A DNA stretch of 64,000 nt from Octopus sinensis (GCF_006345805.1 NC_043008.1:24490001-24554000); one strand, 5' to 3'; shown: positions 25,580 to 39,660, counted from the first letter of the stretch. Numbers and translations are program-made. The notes: generated from the letters alone by a model not told the origin.

Positions 25580-26280
25580 TATATATATACATATTTTCAT
25601 ATATTTTGTCTCTATATTACTTTTAACCCTGCATTTTTTGTGCATGTGCGTATATAGACGTGTATATGAATATATTTGTACGTGTCTGGGTATATATATA
25701 CGTGTGTGTGTGTGCTTGTGTGCGGGTATGTATATGTGTACATGCGTATGGCCGCATATATATGTATACATATAGTTGTAGGGGGTGCATGTGTTTCATG
25801 CGAGTGTGATCGAGCAAGTCATATATAGCATATGCGTATTTACACGTGTATATAAATATAGTTGTGCGCGTATGTGTATGTGCATGTGTGTGCGTGTGCG
25901 TGCGTGTGGATATGTATATGTGTACATTTATGTGTACGGTTGCATATGTGTACATATATGTGTATGGTTGCATATATAGGCGTGTATGTGGGTGTACATG
26001 TACGTGCTTTACGCGAGTGTGAGTGAACATATGCATATAGGCACATGTACGTGGGGATGTGTGCGCACATGCATATGTATGTACATACGCGCATACGCGA
26101 ATTCTATGAGCGTTTTTTTATTAGCTCTCCTTCGGTTTTTTCCCTTTATTTAACGGTCATTCTAATAGCTCTTTTGTTTGTCTTAATAACAGAAGAGATG
26201 TCGGAGGAGTTTTCCGCCGCAACATCCGAAACCTGGAGTTTTATTATGGCAATCGAATAATTGTTACATACTATATTACA

Positions 26281-26338
<58 letters not shown>

Positions 26339-26339
26339 C

Positions 26340-27086
26340 ATGAATCATTTGGACTTTTCTTTCCTCGAGTTCCAGATTAATTTTGTAATTTCAGGTGGTT
26401 ATACTCGAGATTGCTCCAATCTGGCCAGCCCCAAGGAAAAACTAAGCTAAGAGCATTAGATTCCTTGGAAGAAAGCAGCGAATATGTACGAAAAAAAACG
26501 GTGTAATACTACACAAATACAAATGCTAATAACAGGACATAACAACATGTGTCTTTCGACTAAGAACAAATTAAATTAAGCTGGCGTGTGTGGAAGTAAA
26601 GCCTTACGACAGGAACATTAAATTTGACAGGCACAGGGAGGAATATAGATTTTGCACGGATGTTGGTCGAACCAAGAAAGAAAGGTAAGGCTTGGCCGAA
26701 CATCGGTCACGTGGGGATAGAAGAGAGTGAGGTAGAGGCAGAAGGATAGAAGAATTAAGGAGGGGCAAGAAAAAATGAAAGGGACAGAGTGAAGTGAAAG
26801 AGGAGAAAAAGTGAGCATGAAGAGAAGGCCAAAAATGTGAGAGCGAGAAACGAAAGAACAAAGAATGGAATGAAGAATGTAAGTGTGAAAGGGCTGATAG
26901 AAAGAAGGAAAAACTGAAAGAATAGAAAGGATAATAGAGTCGTTTGGGGCTGGCCTGATTGCAGTAATCTCGAGTATAACAAGCCGAAATTGCAAAGATA
27001 ATCTGGAACTCGACTGAGGAAAGAAAACTCCGAATCATTCGTCCTTGTTTCCTTGTATCGTCTGTTTGAAAATTTTGCGTTCCTGT

Positions 27087-27090
<4 letters not shown>
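26340..27090. repeat. Inverted pair of PLE-end-like repeat segments
   Basis: 26340-26440 is the reverse complement of ~26943-27040 (CTCGAGATTGC/GTAATCTCGAG, GGCCAGCCCCAA/TTGGGGCTGGCC), with a purine-rich spacer. Confidence 0.65.
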
Positions 27091-27156
<66 letters not shown>

Positions 27157-27573
27157 CATGAGTGAGTGAACAAACGAAATAAAAAGGCACTCAACATATT
27201 CGGTAGGGCTTATATGATTTCTTTAATACAGTTTGATTCAGCTCGATACAAATTAAACTCTTGCCGGCTTGTTGCAAAAATCTGGTTCGTACGCCGAATG
27301 GAGAAGTATAGTAATTCGAAGACGGACTGGAAAATAGGCTGCTATGGGGCAAGGCGGTTCAGATGTTGTTAAAAATGTGATCGAGATTGCAGGGAGGCAA
27401 AGGCATTAGAAAGGAGAATTTCTTGGACTGTGTTAGATTCTAACAACACGATGTTATCTGCTTTGTAGAAACCATCATGGAATTCCTGTACTCCTCCATT
27501 CGGTAATCTGCCGCGGAACAGCTAAGTTTCTGAAAGTCACATGGAGTAGAAGCAAACTGTTTAAAATAATATA

Positions 27574-27806
27574 CAGTAATCCCTCGACTATCGCGGGCGT
27601 TACGTTCCAAAACCCCTCGCGGTAGGGGAAAATCTGCGAAGTAGGCACAGTACTGAACTGTATATCTTTTAATTATCTTTATAATTTGTATATATTTATT
27701 TTATTATAAATGCAAAACAACTCCGTGAATGAATCGATGTAAGTTTAAATAATAAACCACGATAAGTGAACTGCGATAGGTGAACTGTGATATGGAGAGG
27801 GATTGC
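27574..27806. mobile_element. pogo/Tigger-like MITE
   Basis: TA-CAGTAATCCCTCG at the left end and GAGGGATTGC-TA at the right end. Confidence 0.6.
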
Positions 27807-27825
27807 TATATATATATATACATAT

Positions 27826-27897
<72 letters not shown>

Positions 27898-29639
27898 ATA
27901 TATGTATACAATTGCAGCGTGGAAGGTGTTTATAATCCATTTAAGAAACACACAAAAGCCGTTAGATTCATTTAAACATTTAAATTTAACTAGTGAGTCC
28001 GATATCCTATTATGGTCATCTCTTATGTGTTTACATGTACACTGTATTTTTCTATACACACACACACATACATATATATGTATAGAAAAATGCAGTGTAC
28101 ATGTAAACACATAAGATATGACCATAATAGGATATCGGACTCACCAGAAAGAGCAGTTAAAACTCCAACCCTCTAATAATCCAGGAAAGATACGGTAGGT
28201 GTATTTTTATATACATATATAAAAAAAGTCATTATTCAATTAGTTAAGCAAGGTGAGGGTAAGAATTTGTTTACAACTGTTACTGTGTACCATATTGAGG
28301 AGAAAGCTAACAGGCGCATAAATCGCTTCCATCATATATTACCACCCCATAGTCGTACCCTGTCCTAGTTAACGTCTGACTGAACTGGAATGCCTCTCCT
28401 TCCGCTTTCTGGCAAAGGGACGCATCCTACAGGTAGAGTTATCCATTTGTTATAAATACCCGCCGAGTGGAAGACTGAGCATGCCGTACCTGATCATGCA
28501 CACACATGCACAGTTGGTAGTCATTAATTAGTCTCTCATTTTCGTAGCTTGTGTCTTAGACTGAACTGCAGACCTGGATCAAACTTTGACCGATGCTGGA
28601 CATCTGGTACCTTTAGTACCCTCAGGTGCTCACAGCCTTCTGCAAGTCGGGCATTGGTGGATATCTACTAACTTCTGAAAATCGAGCATTGGCGTATGTC
28701 TACCGCAACTGGAAGCAGAACGGGAGAATTCATCAGCATGATATATCCTGTGACTTATTTTATGAATTGATACATTTCATTAAAGATGGTAAAAATTCTA
28801 GTCTGTAAGAAATGCATGGAATATTTATAGTTCTTTTTCTTTCTGTTTTCTTGCTGAGATGATTGATTGCAATACTAGCAATTCACATTTGGTTTCTAAG
28901 AAATAAGAATATACCCTATATAATGAAATATCAAGTCCTATATAAAATATGAAATAATATACCGAATTAAAATGTTTTCTGTGTCTTTTATGAACTAGGA
29001 AAATATCAATATTGAAATACCAATTCCAAATATTCAATACACATACAAATGCTTTTTTTTTTCGTGGTTTCATATTAGGAAATTCTTTCTTGAATATCAT
29101 AACTAGCAGTAAGATAAAATTTAAAGAGCGTAAGATATTTCCTCATCCTTATTCAGATAGTATATTGCGCTGTAATTATTAACATCTGCAGAGTAAACTT
29201 CCTTATATGAAATTGAAAAGAAATTATATCTCAAATAAATTACTATACACAAATTTTACGAAAAGGGTTATTTTATCCTTAAAATAATTCGTTGAAATAT
29301 CGCATGCTTTTTCTATGAACAAATTCGTACATACACAATCATCACACCGATACAACTGAATTCACACATTCTCAAGCATGCATTCATACGTCTTAACAGA
29401 AAGAGACATACACAGAAATCGAAACTATGAGATACAAAACCCAACAAATACAAGAATCAATGAAAGCGCACATAAATGCAACGTACATAACCGAATTAAC
29501 GATGCCGTGGCAACAGACTCCAAATCACGCATGCATACACACTCTACAAACTGCATAGCCTCCAGTTTATGTTAACACTTGTTGAATTATTCCATTAGCT
29601 GTATATGTGGTTAAGCATAGATTTTATATTGCTGGTTTT

Positions 29640-30520
29640 ATATCTTCAAGTTCATCTTTGAATCCAGAACTTCTGAGACATTGCCGATTTTCAAATTGGC
29701 TTACTCTTTCTCTGCTAAGTATTGCAGAATAATGGTCCTGGAATGGGTTTCTTTTCTTACAATATTTATCTCACATAATTTTGGGGGATCCATCGACTTT
29801 GTCCCGTGTTACTGTTAAAATTTCTCCAGCGCCATTAGCCCCCACTGTGCAGTTTCTTGTTTACTTGTATTTGCGTAAATTGATATTCTAAACCCTCTCT
29901 CAATACTTAGCGTATTATTCCCCTGTTTTGGGCAACCTCCGTGCTCCTTTTTCTTAGAATAGGTATTAAGAGTAGGTATCTGCATCATTTTAAAGAAATT
30001 TGTATAGCAAATAATAGAAATTTCTTCTGATTTCTTACCACATATTTGGGTGATCTATAGTTGTAGGTCAATATGATGGGTTGTTAGATAATTTCATTTT
30101 ATTTTATTTTCATCTTTTCCCATGTTATTTAGATTAGGACGAAAATACATTTATCCAAAATGTTATGTTTTCTCTTTTGTAGCACTATTTTTGGGCTTTG
30201 AACAAATTTTATTTCTTTTCTGATATATGTCAATGGAGAACCAATAAAAAAAACGAACAAATTTATCTGACAACCAATTATTTGGATCGGTTTTCCACTT
30301 CTTACACACATTGTAGTATATTAGCATAGATATAGATACTTCGATCAGTACTTCTCCTGAAATCCTTGTCAGCAGTATCTTGTCGATAAAACTCAATAAC
30401 TGGGATAACTACAGAAGTTCCCCATTTCTCTCTATTTGAATTAAATTTAATATTTTTCTATTCAGATATTTAGTTTGTGTTCTAAATGCAGTCATTAATA
30501 TTCTTAATTCGTCATCTAGT
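29640..30520 (-). mobile_element. Highly degraded PLE-like coding remnant
   Basis: Weak thumb/endonuclease-like fragments only; assignment is tentative. Confidence 0.3.
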
Positions 30521-30664
30521 CCTTCCAGTTCGTCGAACGTCTAGTAGAGAGTGATGTAAATCCTTAATTATTAATAAAATATCGCAGTGTTGTTATGTAT
30601 TACACTAGCCTTACAAGGGCCTTTATTTCAATAACACAACTCACAAATACCTTTATCTCTTAAT

Positions 30665-31052
30665 CTTTTATCCTTCAGTTGTTTCATGCTGAGGCACGGC
30701 TTGAGGAATTTTAGTGGAACTAATCGATCCTAGTATTAATTTTTGTTTTAAACCTCGTACTTATTCTGTCGTTCTCTTTTGCTGAACAGCTAAATTACGG
30801 GGACGTAAACAAACCAACACCAGTTGTTAATCGGTGGGTGGGACAAACACGCGCGCGCATACAAACATACACACACGCACATACTCACACACACGACGGT
30901 CTTCTTTTAGTTTCCAGCTACCAAATCTACGAAATAGCTTTTAGCTCGAGGCTATAGTAGAAGACACTTACACAAAGTGTTACGCAGTGGGACTAAACCT
31001 CGGAACCGTATGGCGGGGAAGCGAATTTTTTACAACGCAGCCACGCCTGCAC
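30665..31052 (-). mobile_element. SINE family 3, near-complete copy
   Basis: Minus strand head GGTGCAGGCGTGGCTGCGTTG with GGTTTAGTCCC B-box-like motif, internal (GT)n and CCCCGTAATTTAGC body. Confidence 0.75.
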
Positions 31053-31269
31053 CACCACGAACAGATTTTTACACAGCTACCAACTACACATTTTTACACA
31101 GCCACTTTCACATGGAAGTGAAATAACATGCATATAATATGCAGTCATTATTCTTCTAGTTTTCATAGCTTGCCTTGTGAATTCATTTCGTTGTAATTCT
31201 ATAACATTTTATTGTAACAGTTTACGCTTATCTCTGAAGTATTAATCGAATATCTTTATAATATTCTGT

Positions 31270-31467
31270 CCTAAGTTCTGTATTTAAGAGATGAGGAATT
31301 ATGTACATTATTTACATTTGACAGAGATTTGTCCTCATCTTGTTTGTTGTTAACACACCGTTTCGGCTGATATACCCTCCAGCCTTCATCAGGTGTCTTG
31401 GGAAAATTTCGAACCTGGGTTCTCATTCCTAAAGTATTTTTCGATGTTTTTGTTGTTGTTGTTGTTG

Positions 31468-31563
<96 letters not shown>

Positions 31564-31620
31564 TCACTTCCTGGAATTGAACTCGGAATCTTGGTGTCTT
31601 AACCACTACGCCATATGCCC
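31270..31620 (-). mobile_element. Composite tRNA-head/(TAA)n/hammerhead SINE, second copy
   Basis: GGGCATATGGCGTAGTGG head from 31620, B box GTTCAATTCC at 31582-31573, (AAT)n/(AAC)n, tail homologous to 13005-13140. Confidence 0.85.
31352..31397 (-). ncRNA. Type I hammerhead motif with canonical CUGAUGA core (U16.1 mutated)
   Basis: GACAC-CTGATGA-A-GGCTG[GAGGGTATAT]CAGCC-GAAACGGT-GTGTT. Confidence 0.75.
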
Positions 31621-31699
31621 GTGTGACAAATATCCGTGAAATGTAACTAATGTAAATAATATTCTTTCCTAAGTTTGGTTTTTTGTGTGGTGTACACTA

Positions 31700-32640
31700 A
31701 TTGAATAATTCCTAGGTAAGTGTAAGTCTTTATTCTGTGTCATTCTCTTATCTTCTTAATATTAGCTTTATTATTGCCTCTATCATCGAGGTTAATTGTG
31801 CACACCTTCCAATGGTGTATCACATATTCATCTCCACACAAATCTATGTAAAGATTGGGGTAATATTTGCAGTTGATTATCCTCATCTACTAGGTACAGA
31901 TTGAGGTCTTTCATACAAAAGTGTTATTGATTGTCCAACTTGAACTCTGAATTCATTCTGGTTTAATGTGTTAGTTAAATATATTAACTCTTGGTAGAGA
32001 GTAATTCTTATAAAATGAAGCACAGCTAGAATATTTCTTTCTAACAGAAATTTCTAAAATAATTTCTTTGAATTACATTTGAAAGCTTGTTGCATGTATC
32101 CTACAAATCGCGAGAATCGGTGATTCATTACATTTCACATTGTTTGTATCCCTCCGGAACTGTCTGTATGAATATATTTATTTTGGTACTTCTCTTCTAA
32201 ATCTATCTATGTTACTACACATTCTTCTTACACAGTAGGAAGAACGCATAGTTCATGTTCAGTGCTGAGAAGTCCTAGTTCTTTGAAAGTTAAACACATT
32301 TTGCAAGACAATGGCTTAGGGACCTTTGCTTTAGAAATAAGTGGTCAAAATCCAACCTTGCTTTTAATCTATAAACTATTGCTATTTCCATTCAGATGAG
32401 CAACTCCATCGACAGGCTTATTTTTCTGGTATTATCTTTTGCCCATTTAAGTATTCCAATACTGCAACTATCGATGTCAGCCCCCTCCCACCCATGTATT
32501 GAATTTATTTATCAAATTCTTTGAATTAAGTTTGGACTTCAATGAAAAGTTTTATTCAATTCCTTTTGGATGATGTCATCTAGTTTCAGTATACCTAGAT
32601 ACTTCTGTTCAGTCTAAGTAGATTCCAAAATAATTGTTTC
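31700..32640 (-). mobile_element. Degraded PLE RT/EN remnant
   Basis: Fragments resembling SPxSxxLANxF and IGR...SMIE motifs; many stops. Confidence 0.35.
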
Positions 32641-33752
32641 TGTTGAAACTATTGCATTGAAATAGGTTCAAATTAATAAATCTCCAGTCTATTAATGGCT
32701 GTTGGGACACATCATCGCCATCATCACCATCGTCGTCGTATTTGCCATTATCTTTCTGCTTCCCTGCCTCCTCTTCCTGCTCTTCATCATCGCCATAATT
32801 GTCATCCTCTTTGCTGCGAAAGCCACACTGATTTTCAGCTGAGCAAGTTTTGATAATTTTTCTTTTTTGTATGTCCGAATCAAAGCCTGTTTCTGTTATT
32901 GATAACTATGCAAAAACTTCATCAGCTACATTTAAGCGCGGTTAGCACAATTGGGATTGTTGATCGTTTCAAAGTTACCTTATTTTAAAAAAAGTGTAAG
33001 TTTCTAACAAAGAAATCACGAAAAGGTGAAGTGAAAGGTGAAAGAGCGACAAAATTTAGTTTGCCAGCGCCAGTCGCAGTTATCAACAACACCAAATATA
33101 ATGATAATGAAAACAAGGAACGAGACAATAGCTACGTCACTGTTTATAGTGATAAGAATTTCTGGTTCAGCCAGTTTCATAGGAATGCAGGAACAATTTT
33201 GCCAACAGCAATAAAAAGAATAGCAAGACATTTGTTACCAGCTCAAGCTGGTTCAAACTGCTAATAAGACATCGAATACCATCAAAAGCAGTTATATTAA
33301 TACCATAACCATTCCCACTACAAGGAACGAGATTAACATTTGCTTCAGCAACAACAGTAATACGCAGCCCAAAACGAAAGACTTCTAACGTTGCTCCACA
33401 ACTAACTCCGCCATGTGGAAGAATAAAATAAAGGTTAATAGAGAAATAGCCGGAAAACAGTACGGATTTCATGCAAAACACACAAATATCAGTATGAAGT
33501 GTAAAAGGGATCTCATACTCAAGGAAGAGGAGTCGAAATGCAACAATTGTAGCTTTATGTTTCAATGAAGGGCGAAAAAATATATACACTGATTACTTTT
33601 CCAAGCAAAATACCTAAAAATGCTACCTAAAAGCGAATTTTAACAATTTATCTACTCACGGTTTGACATTGGAGCTTTAACGAATCATACATTTAACATC
33701 CGTCATCCACAATAACTGATCTCAAATCAAAGTAGAACCGCAAACGCTGCAG

Positions 33753-34164
<412 letters not shown>

Positions 34165-34165
<1 letters not shown>

Positions 34166-35420
34166 CTCGGCTGAAAAGTTCATACGAGGACCACACAAAA
34201 TTTATTTTTCAACATTTTTACCCGTTACGATCTACACACTATTACCAGCAGTGTTGCAGTGCTTGGATACCATCAGTGAAGAAACTTTGATGTTGTTGAT
34301 GAAAAAAGTCAACAGCAGTAGATATAACGCCATTATCACTGCGACACTTGTTCCCAGTCAAGTTATTTTCTTGTTGTGAAACAGATAATAGTTAGATGGT
34401 GGTGGTGGTGGTGGCGAAACCAAGAGAATAGGAAGGGTAATCAATAAGTTCAAAGCCACAGTCACACACAACAGCCATTGAAACTAAAGACTTGTGCGCT
34501 GGAACATTGCCCTGATGAAACAAAAACACTTTCGTCAGTTTCCCGGGATTTGATCTTGCTAGCCTTTCAAAATTGCTACAACAATTTAGCAGCATACTCT
34601 CCCTTGATTATGTGGCACTTTTGATGATAGCCAATAAACATAATGCCCTTCGTATCTCCCAAAACTTAGACCATCTCCTTCCATGCAGATGAACCGACAT
34701 TGGCCTTCTTTGGAGCAGGTGAGAGGGGTATTTCCACTGCATCAATTGTCTCTTTGTCTCTGGCTCAAAGTTATAAACTAAACACGCATCCTGGGTAAGG
34801 AAACGTTCAAGGAAACCAGCTGATTGCCTCCAACAATGTCAGGTTTTGCTATGATATGATCAACGTCGTGCGCTTGTGATCAGGTGTCAGAAGACGTGGT
34901 ACCCACTGATCACAAACCTTCGGCATGCTAAGTTCGTGGTGCAGAATATTCTGAACACTCTCACGGTATACCCTAAGAACATTGACTATATCATTTATAG
35001 TCAATCGTCTGGCTTCCATCAACATGTGGCGAATAATGTTTCCCTCGGTGGTGGCAGTTGCAGCACGTCGAAACTTTGGGTCATCTTTAACACTTTCCCT
35101 TTCTCTACTAAACCCAGTTGATCACTTTCGCACTGTTGATAACCCTGGACCTCATCATGTAATGTAGCAACGAAGTTATTATGAATGTTCTTGCGGGCTA
35201 AGCTCTTTTCTGCAGGTACTTGATGCGAAATTTTATCCATTTTCAAGAGAAGTCGCTATTAGTTACATAGGGAGTCTTCTTTGAACAGTCATATGTCAGT
35301 TTACATGAAACAAAACAATGCAGTTATTAATAAGAAGGGTTAAAATTTATGCATGCAAGATTTCACAGCTCTTGTATCACTCCTTCATAGTCAGTCTATG
35401 AACTTTTCAGAACACCCTCA
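34165..35420 (-). mobile_element. Degraded mariner transposon (different subfamily)
   Basis: TIR-like CTGAAAAGTTCATA at both ends; minus frames give MDKI, WVPRLLTPDHKR, LFHQGNVPAH, ELIDYPSYS. Confidence 0.85.
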
Positions 35421-35519
35421 CCCACATGTGTGTGTGTATGTATGTATGTATGTATGTATGTATGTATGTATGTATGTATGTATGTATGTATGTATGTATG
35501 TATATATGTTTGTAGGTAT

Positions 35520-37140
35520 GTATACATATACAGGGTCCTTGTTTAAGTTAGTGAATGCTGCCATAATCCTTGCCCTAAGTTTATCTTTGGTGTTACATGG
35601 AGATTTGTTCGTTTCTCGCTCAACTGCGCCCCACACATGATAATCAACGGGGTTCCGGATGAACTCCTCCACGACAGTATGCACGCCAGAGTCCAGACCG
35701 ACGGAGGCAGTTCTGAGCCCTTTAAAGTCACCTCCGGAGTAAAGCAAGGCTGCGTGATAGCGCCAACTCTCTTTACCATCTTTATCGCGACAGTCTTGCA
35801 CATCATACGAGATGACCTTCCACCTGGCATCGAGATCTCGTACAGAATGGACGGCAAGCTTTTCAACCTCGCTCGCCTCAAAAGTACGTCAAAGACAATG
35901 GCGCGAAGCTTGCTAGAGTTCCAATATGCCGACGACAACAGTGTAGCAGCTGACAGAGAGGATCACCTCCAACAGATCCTAAATGCATATACTAATCTTG
36001 GACTGAGCATCAACATCAAGAAGACTCACTTACTCTACCAACCTCCTCCCAATGACCGTGTTGACAACCCGCCATCGATTCAACTCGAAGGAATTCCACT
36101 GGAAAATGTGAACCATTTCTGCTACCTTGGGAGCCATCTATCAGCAAAGGTAGACCTCAGCGATGAAATCCAACAACGTCTGAAGTGTGCAGGAACAGCT
36201 TTCAGCAAGCTTCGAACAAGAGCTTTTGCTGATCGGGACATCCGAGCCGAAACCAAACTCATGGTGTACAGGGCAGTCATTATTCCAACCCTCCTTTACG
36301 CATCCGAAACCTGGACCCCGTATAGTCACCACCTGAAAACGCTCGAGAAATTTCATCAACGTTGTCTTCGAAAGATCCTTAACATCAGCTGGGAAGACAG
36401 AAGAACAAACGTCAGCATGCTACAAGAAGCAAAAATGACCAGCATCGAAGCCTATGTCATCAAAGGCCAACTAAGATGGAGCGGCCACGTGGTTAGAATG
36501 TCTGACGAACGACTTCCCAAACAGATCTTCTACTCCCAACTCAAAGACGGCAAACGTACAAAAGGAGGCCAGAAGAAACGCTACAAGGACTCCCTGAAAA
36601 CGAACCTCAAAAAGTGTGACATCGACTTCACTAACTGGGAGGAAACGGCAAAAAAAACAGACCACTCTGGAAAACCACCATCCATGAGGGAACGGCGACT
36701 TTCGAGTCAAAAAGGTCTGCAGAGCTGAAGGAGAAAAGACGACGACGGAAGGAGCGCCAACAACAACCACGCGCGGCTCTCCCTTCCGGCACTAGATGTC
36801 CGCACTGCGACCGATCGTTTCAAGCAAGGATTGGTCTTATCGGTCACCTACGGACTCACCAGTAAATTTGCGCGAAGACTATCATACTCGACCTTGAGGG
36901 ATTGCCATCATCAATCAACGGGGTTACAATCTGGGGGATTAGGTGGCCAGATGTTAGGGGTGATGTGCTCTCAAAAATTGTCTGATAGCCATGACTGGGT
37001 TTTCCTGCTTGTGCGTCATAATAGAGAGCCCTGTTGCCAGACATAAGATCTTTCTGCAGCCACCTTCTTCAGCACTACCTCCTCAAGGCACTTGATGTAG
37101 GCATTTGTGTTAAGTCTGAAGCAGTGTCAGAAGATGAATG
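35520..37140 (-). mobile_element. DD37D (maT-like) transposase remnant split by an RTE insertion
   Basis: 37130-36913 reads NAYIKCLEEVV...YVWQQ...NIWPPNPPDCNPVD, and 35654-35520 continues YHVWGAVERETNKSPCNTKDKLRARIMAAF. Confidence 0.85.
35655..36912 (+). mobile_element. RTE-clade LINE, 5'-truncated, young, with 13-bp TSD
   Basis: Open 363-aa frame with GVKQGCVIAPTLF, QYADD, YLGS, LLYASETW, QLRWSGHV; terminal CPHCDRSF...HLRTH; CATCATC tail. TSD AATCAACGGGGTT at 35642-54 and 36913-25. Confidence 0.96.
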
Positions 37141-37699
37141 GATATATATATATATGCTGTTACGTCTGGGGAGAGACATTCTGTTCTAATGCCTTATTAA
37201 TTAACGCACTCACTGCTTCAATTTCTATTCATTTACTTCATTGAAGTTTGCTACAGATAAGAAAAATTGATTGTATGTCTGAGATTGCAAAAACGTTCTT
37301 AAAAATGGATGTTAGGACAATACCATAACAACAGCAACCCAAGCATACGAAACTAAAAGAACCACAACAATAGCAATGTTAATGACAGCAACAATAGTGA
37401 CAATAACAACAATGAAAACCAAAACATCTCCCACACAAACAACTATAACAACAAAAAACATTATAACAACAACATCAATGATAATAACAACAATGACCGC
37501 AATTCCCCACACACAAATAGCAATACCAACTACATCATCCACACTGCCACCAGCACCACCCACAACAATAACAACACCAATAACAATAATGGACACAACA
37601 CCAGCACCGGCACTACCGTTATCTATGGGATAACATGGGAGTGAAGTAGAGTTCCGCAAAGTCATCATGAGGGAACTGAGCCTCCTCCTTTTAACTAAG

Positions 37700-38660
37700 C
37701 TCTGACTGTAACTATCTAGATAATCATGACTTTAGTAGATTCTGGCCCAGCAGGTCACAGAGGGGAAGACTACCCACCATCACCTCACCAGTAAAGAAAA
37801 GCACCGCAGGGCGCTAGAATGGCTGGACCATACACAACCAGGACCCTGAGGACAACAATCAGGTGAAAAGAATGATTGCACATACAATAGGGGCTAGCAT
37901 AAAAAACCACCTTGAAGAACCACAAGCTGAACAATCCAAAACCGTTTTGCCTTACTGTTGGTAGGTAGATTATATTAATATTCTAGTTAGTACAAACTCT
38001 AGTAACTGTAGTGTAGAAACCGAGAGGAACATAATGAAGAGCTAATTCCATCCACTAAAGTTTCAAGGTAACTATAGATTACCCCCATTAGGCACCCTAA
38101 AAATAAACTACCTGTCCTTGATACTGAACTTTGGTTAGAGACTGCGAAAAACAAAGTGCAGCGCCTCCACTCCTATTGCATGAAACCCATAGCTTCTAAA
38201 TATGTTGTTTACAAGAACTCGGCTTTGTCACGCAACATGGCAATCAACATACAGATAACAGACTTAGTGTCCCCACTATGCGAACTCTATGAAACAAGAA
38301 AACACGTACATAACGTCATGCACCACATGCAGTTCTCTGGATATAACCAGAAAGATAGGATTCGGGTATACAGGGGAGCTAGAAAGAAGTATGGTGCATA
38401 GAGGGTGCTTGTAAAGACAAGAATGCAACATACATTGGTGAGACATCTAGAAGTACTGCGGAGAGATTAAACGTATATTTGAGACGATATGACGACAAAA
38501 AACAATCCTCCATATTCTACCGACATGCCAAAGACCAACATGGAGGTATACTTGGTCGACTTGACATCCGCATTTTATCCAGGCACTCGGACCCAACACT
38601 CAAGCAAATACAGGAGTACGTCCTCATAAATGAAACATCCCCGTACTAAATAAGTGATAC
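37700..38660 (+). mobile_element. Degraded PLE (second clade): RT thumb + GIY-YIG
   Basis: NKLPVLDTELW, MKPIASKYVV, MQFSGY, GETSRSTAERL, DPTLKQIQE. Homologous to 62560-63070 (-). Confidence 0.7.
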
Positions 38661-39080
38661 ATGTAGTAATCTTGCAAACCAAATAAAGAACGAAATATGT
38701 GTGTGCGCGCGCGAAGAATACAAACTTAAGACTAGTATAGATATGTTTGAGATATAGTCGATCCTGTACATATTATCACTAATGCTTGACGTGGAGAAAT
38801 AGTTGTCGCTAGATACAAAAGGTGCTAAAATACCAGAGTCCACTCAGAGTGCTTTTTTAAAAACTAATCAAAGGACTTCGAACTCGTTAGTTCTCCTCAG
38901 CACAAGATACCTGGGGAACTGGTCTTCAGATTGTATTCCTTCCTTCAATGCACCTACCCAAGAAATTGTTCTGGTGTGTAAGTCAATCAATGTGTGTAAT
39001 TAATGAACAATATCATCGAATTTGCGTAAAGGAAGCACAATTTCTATTTATCTCAGAGATGTATCTCTTAGTATCCAGCA

Positions 39081-39120
39081 CTGAAGACAACTAACAATTT
39101 CGAAACGCATCCGTCAGCCC
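39081..39120 (+). ncRNA. Degenerate hammerhead; inverted sister at 38873-38900
   Basis: CTGAAGA-CAACT[AACA]ATTTC-GAAAC-GCATCC-GTC. The minus-strand sister reads CTGAGGA-GAACT[AACG]AGTTC-GAAGTC with a perfect stem II. Stem I is not convincing in either. Confidence 0.45.
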
Positions 39121-39276
39121 TATCGAGAGCGCTAAGCGAGAAATTTTTTTTCGGGCAAATTTTTGTGAAAAGCCTTTACAGTTTAAAATATCTCTCGAAC
39201 ATACTTGAACAGAGCTTAATTTGGTATAGATAGGCCTTTGCTATTTACATACCCTTATTCTACCGGATCCTGAAGA

Positions 39277-39279
<3 letters not shown>

Positions 39280-39322
<43 letters not shown>

Positions 39323-39660
39323 ATAATAATAATAACAATAATAATAATAATAATAATAATAATAATCGATGCCTTGATGCAGTACCAGACAGTGGCCCTC
39401 ATGGCTTCTGATCTTAACTGATTGGAAGTGTTATCATGTACATTGTTTTGTCTTGGTATAAAAGATGGGCTACAGCAAATATTCTGCTCATTACCAGAGA
39501 TTTGCTTGTCAGTTGTTTGACCTTACCCAGTTGACCATGTCCCTTAGAGGCTGACAATATGTGCCTCTCTGATCACGAGCAGAACTAGTAGGGGAGCATC
39601 ATAGCCGTGTGTTGAAAGGAATTCTTAGAGGTTTGGATAATTCACCTTTGGAAACATGGG
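39280..39660 (-). mobile_element. Retroelement/SINE 3' end with (TTA/GTA)n tail
   Basis: Unique sequence abuts a trinucleotide tail at 39280-39365; family assignment uncertain. Confidence 0.4.

Noticed and set aside
33000-33600. ORFs 33031..33264 and 33167..33589 as transposase
   Set aside because: No recognisable motif.
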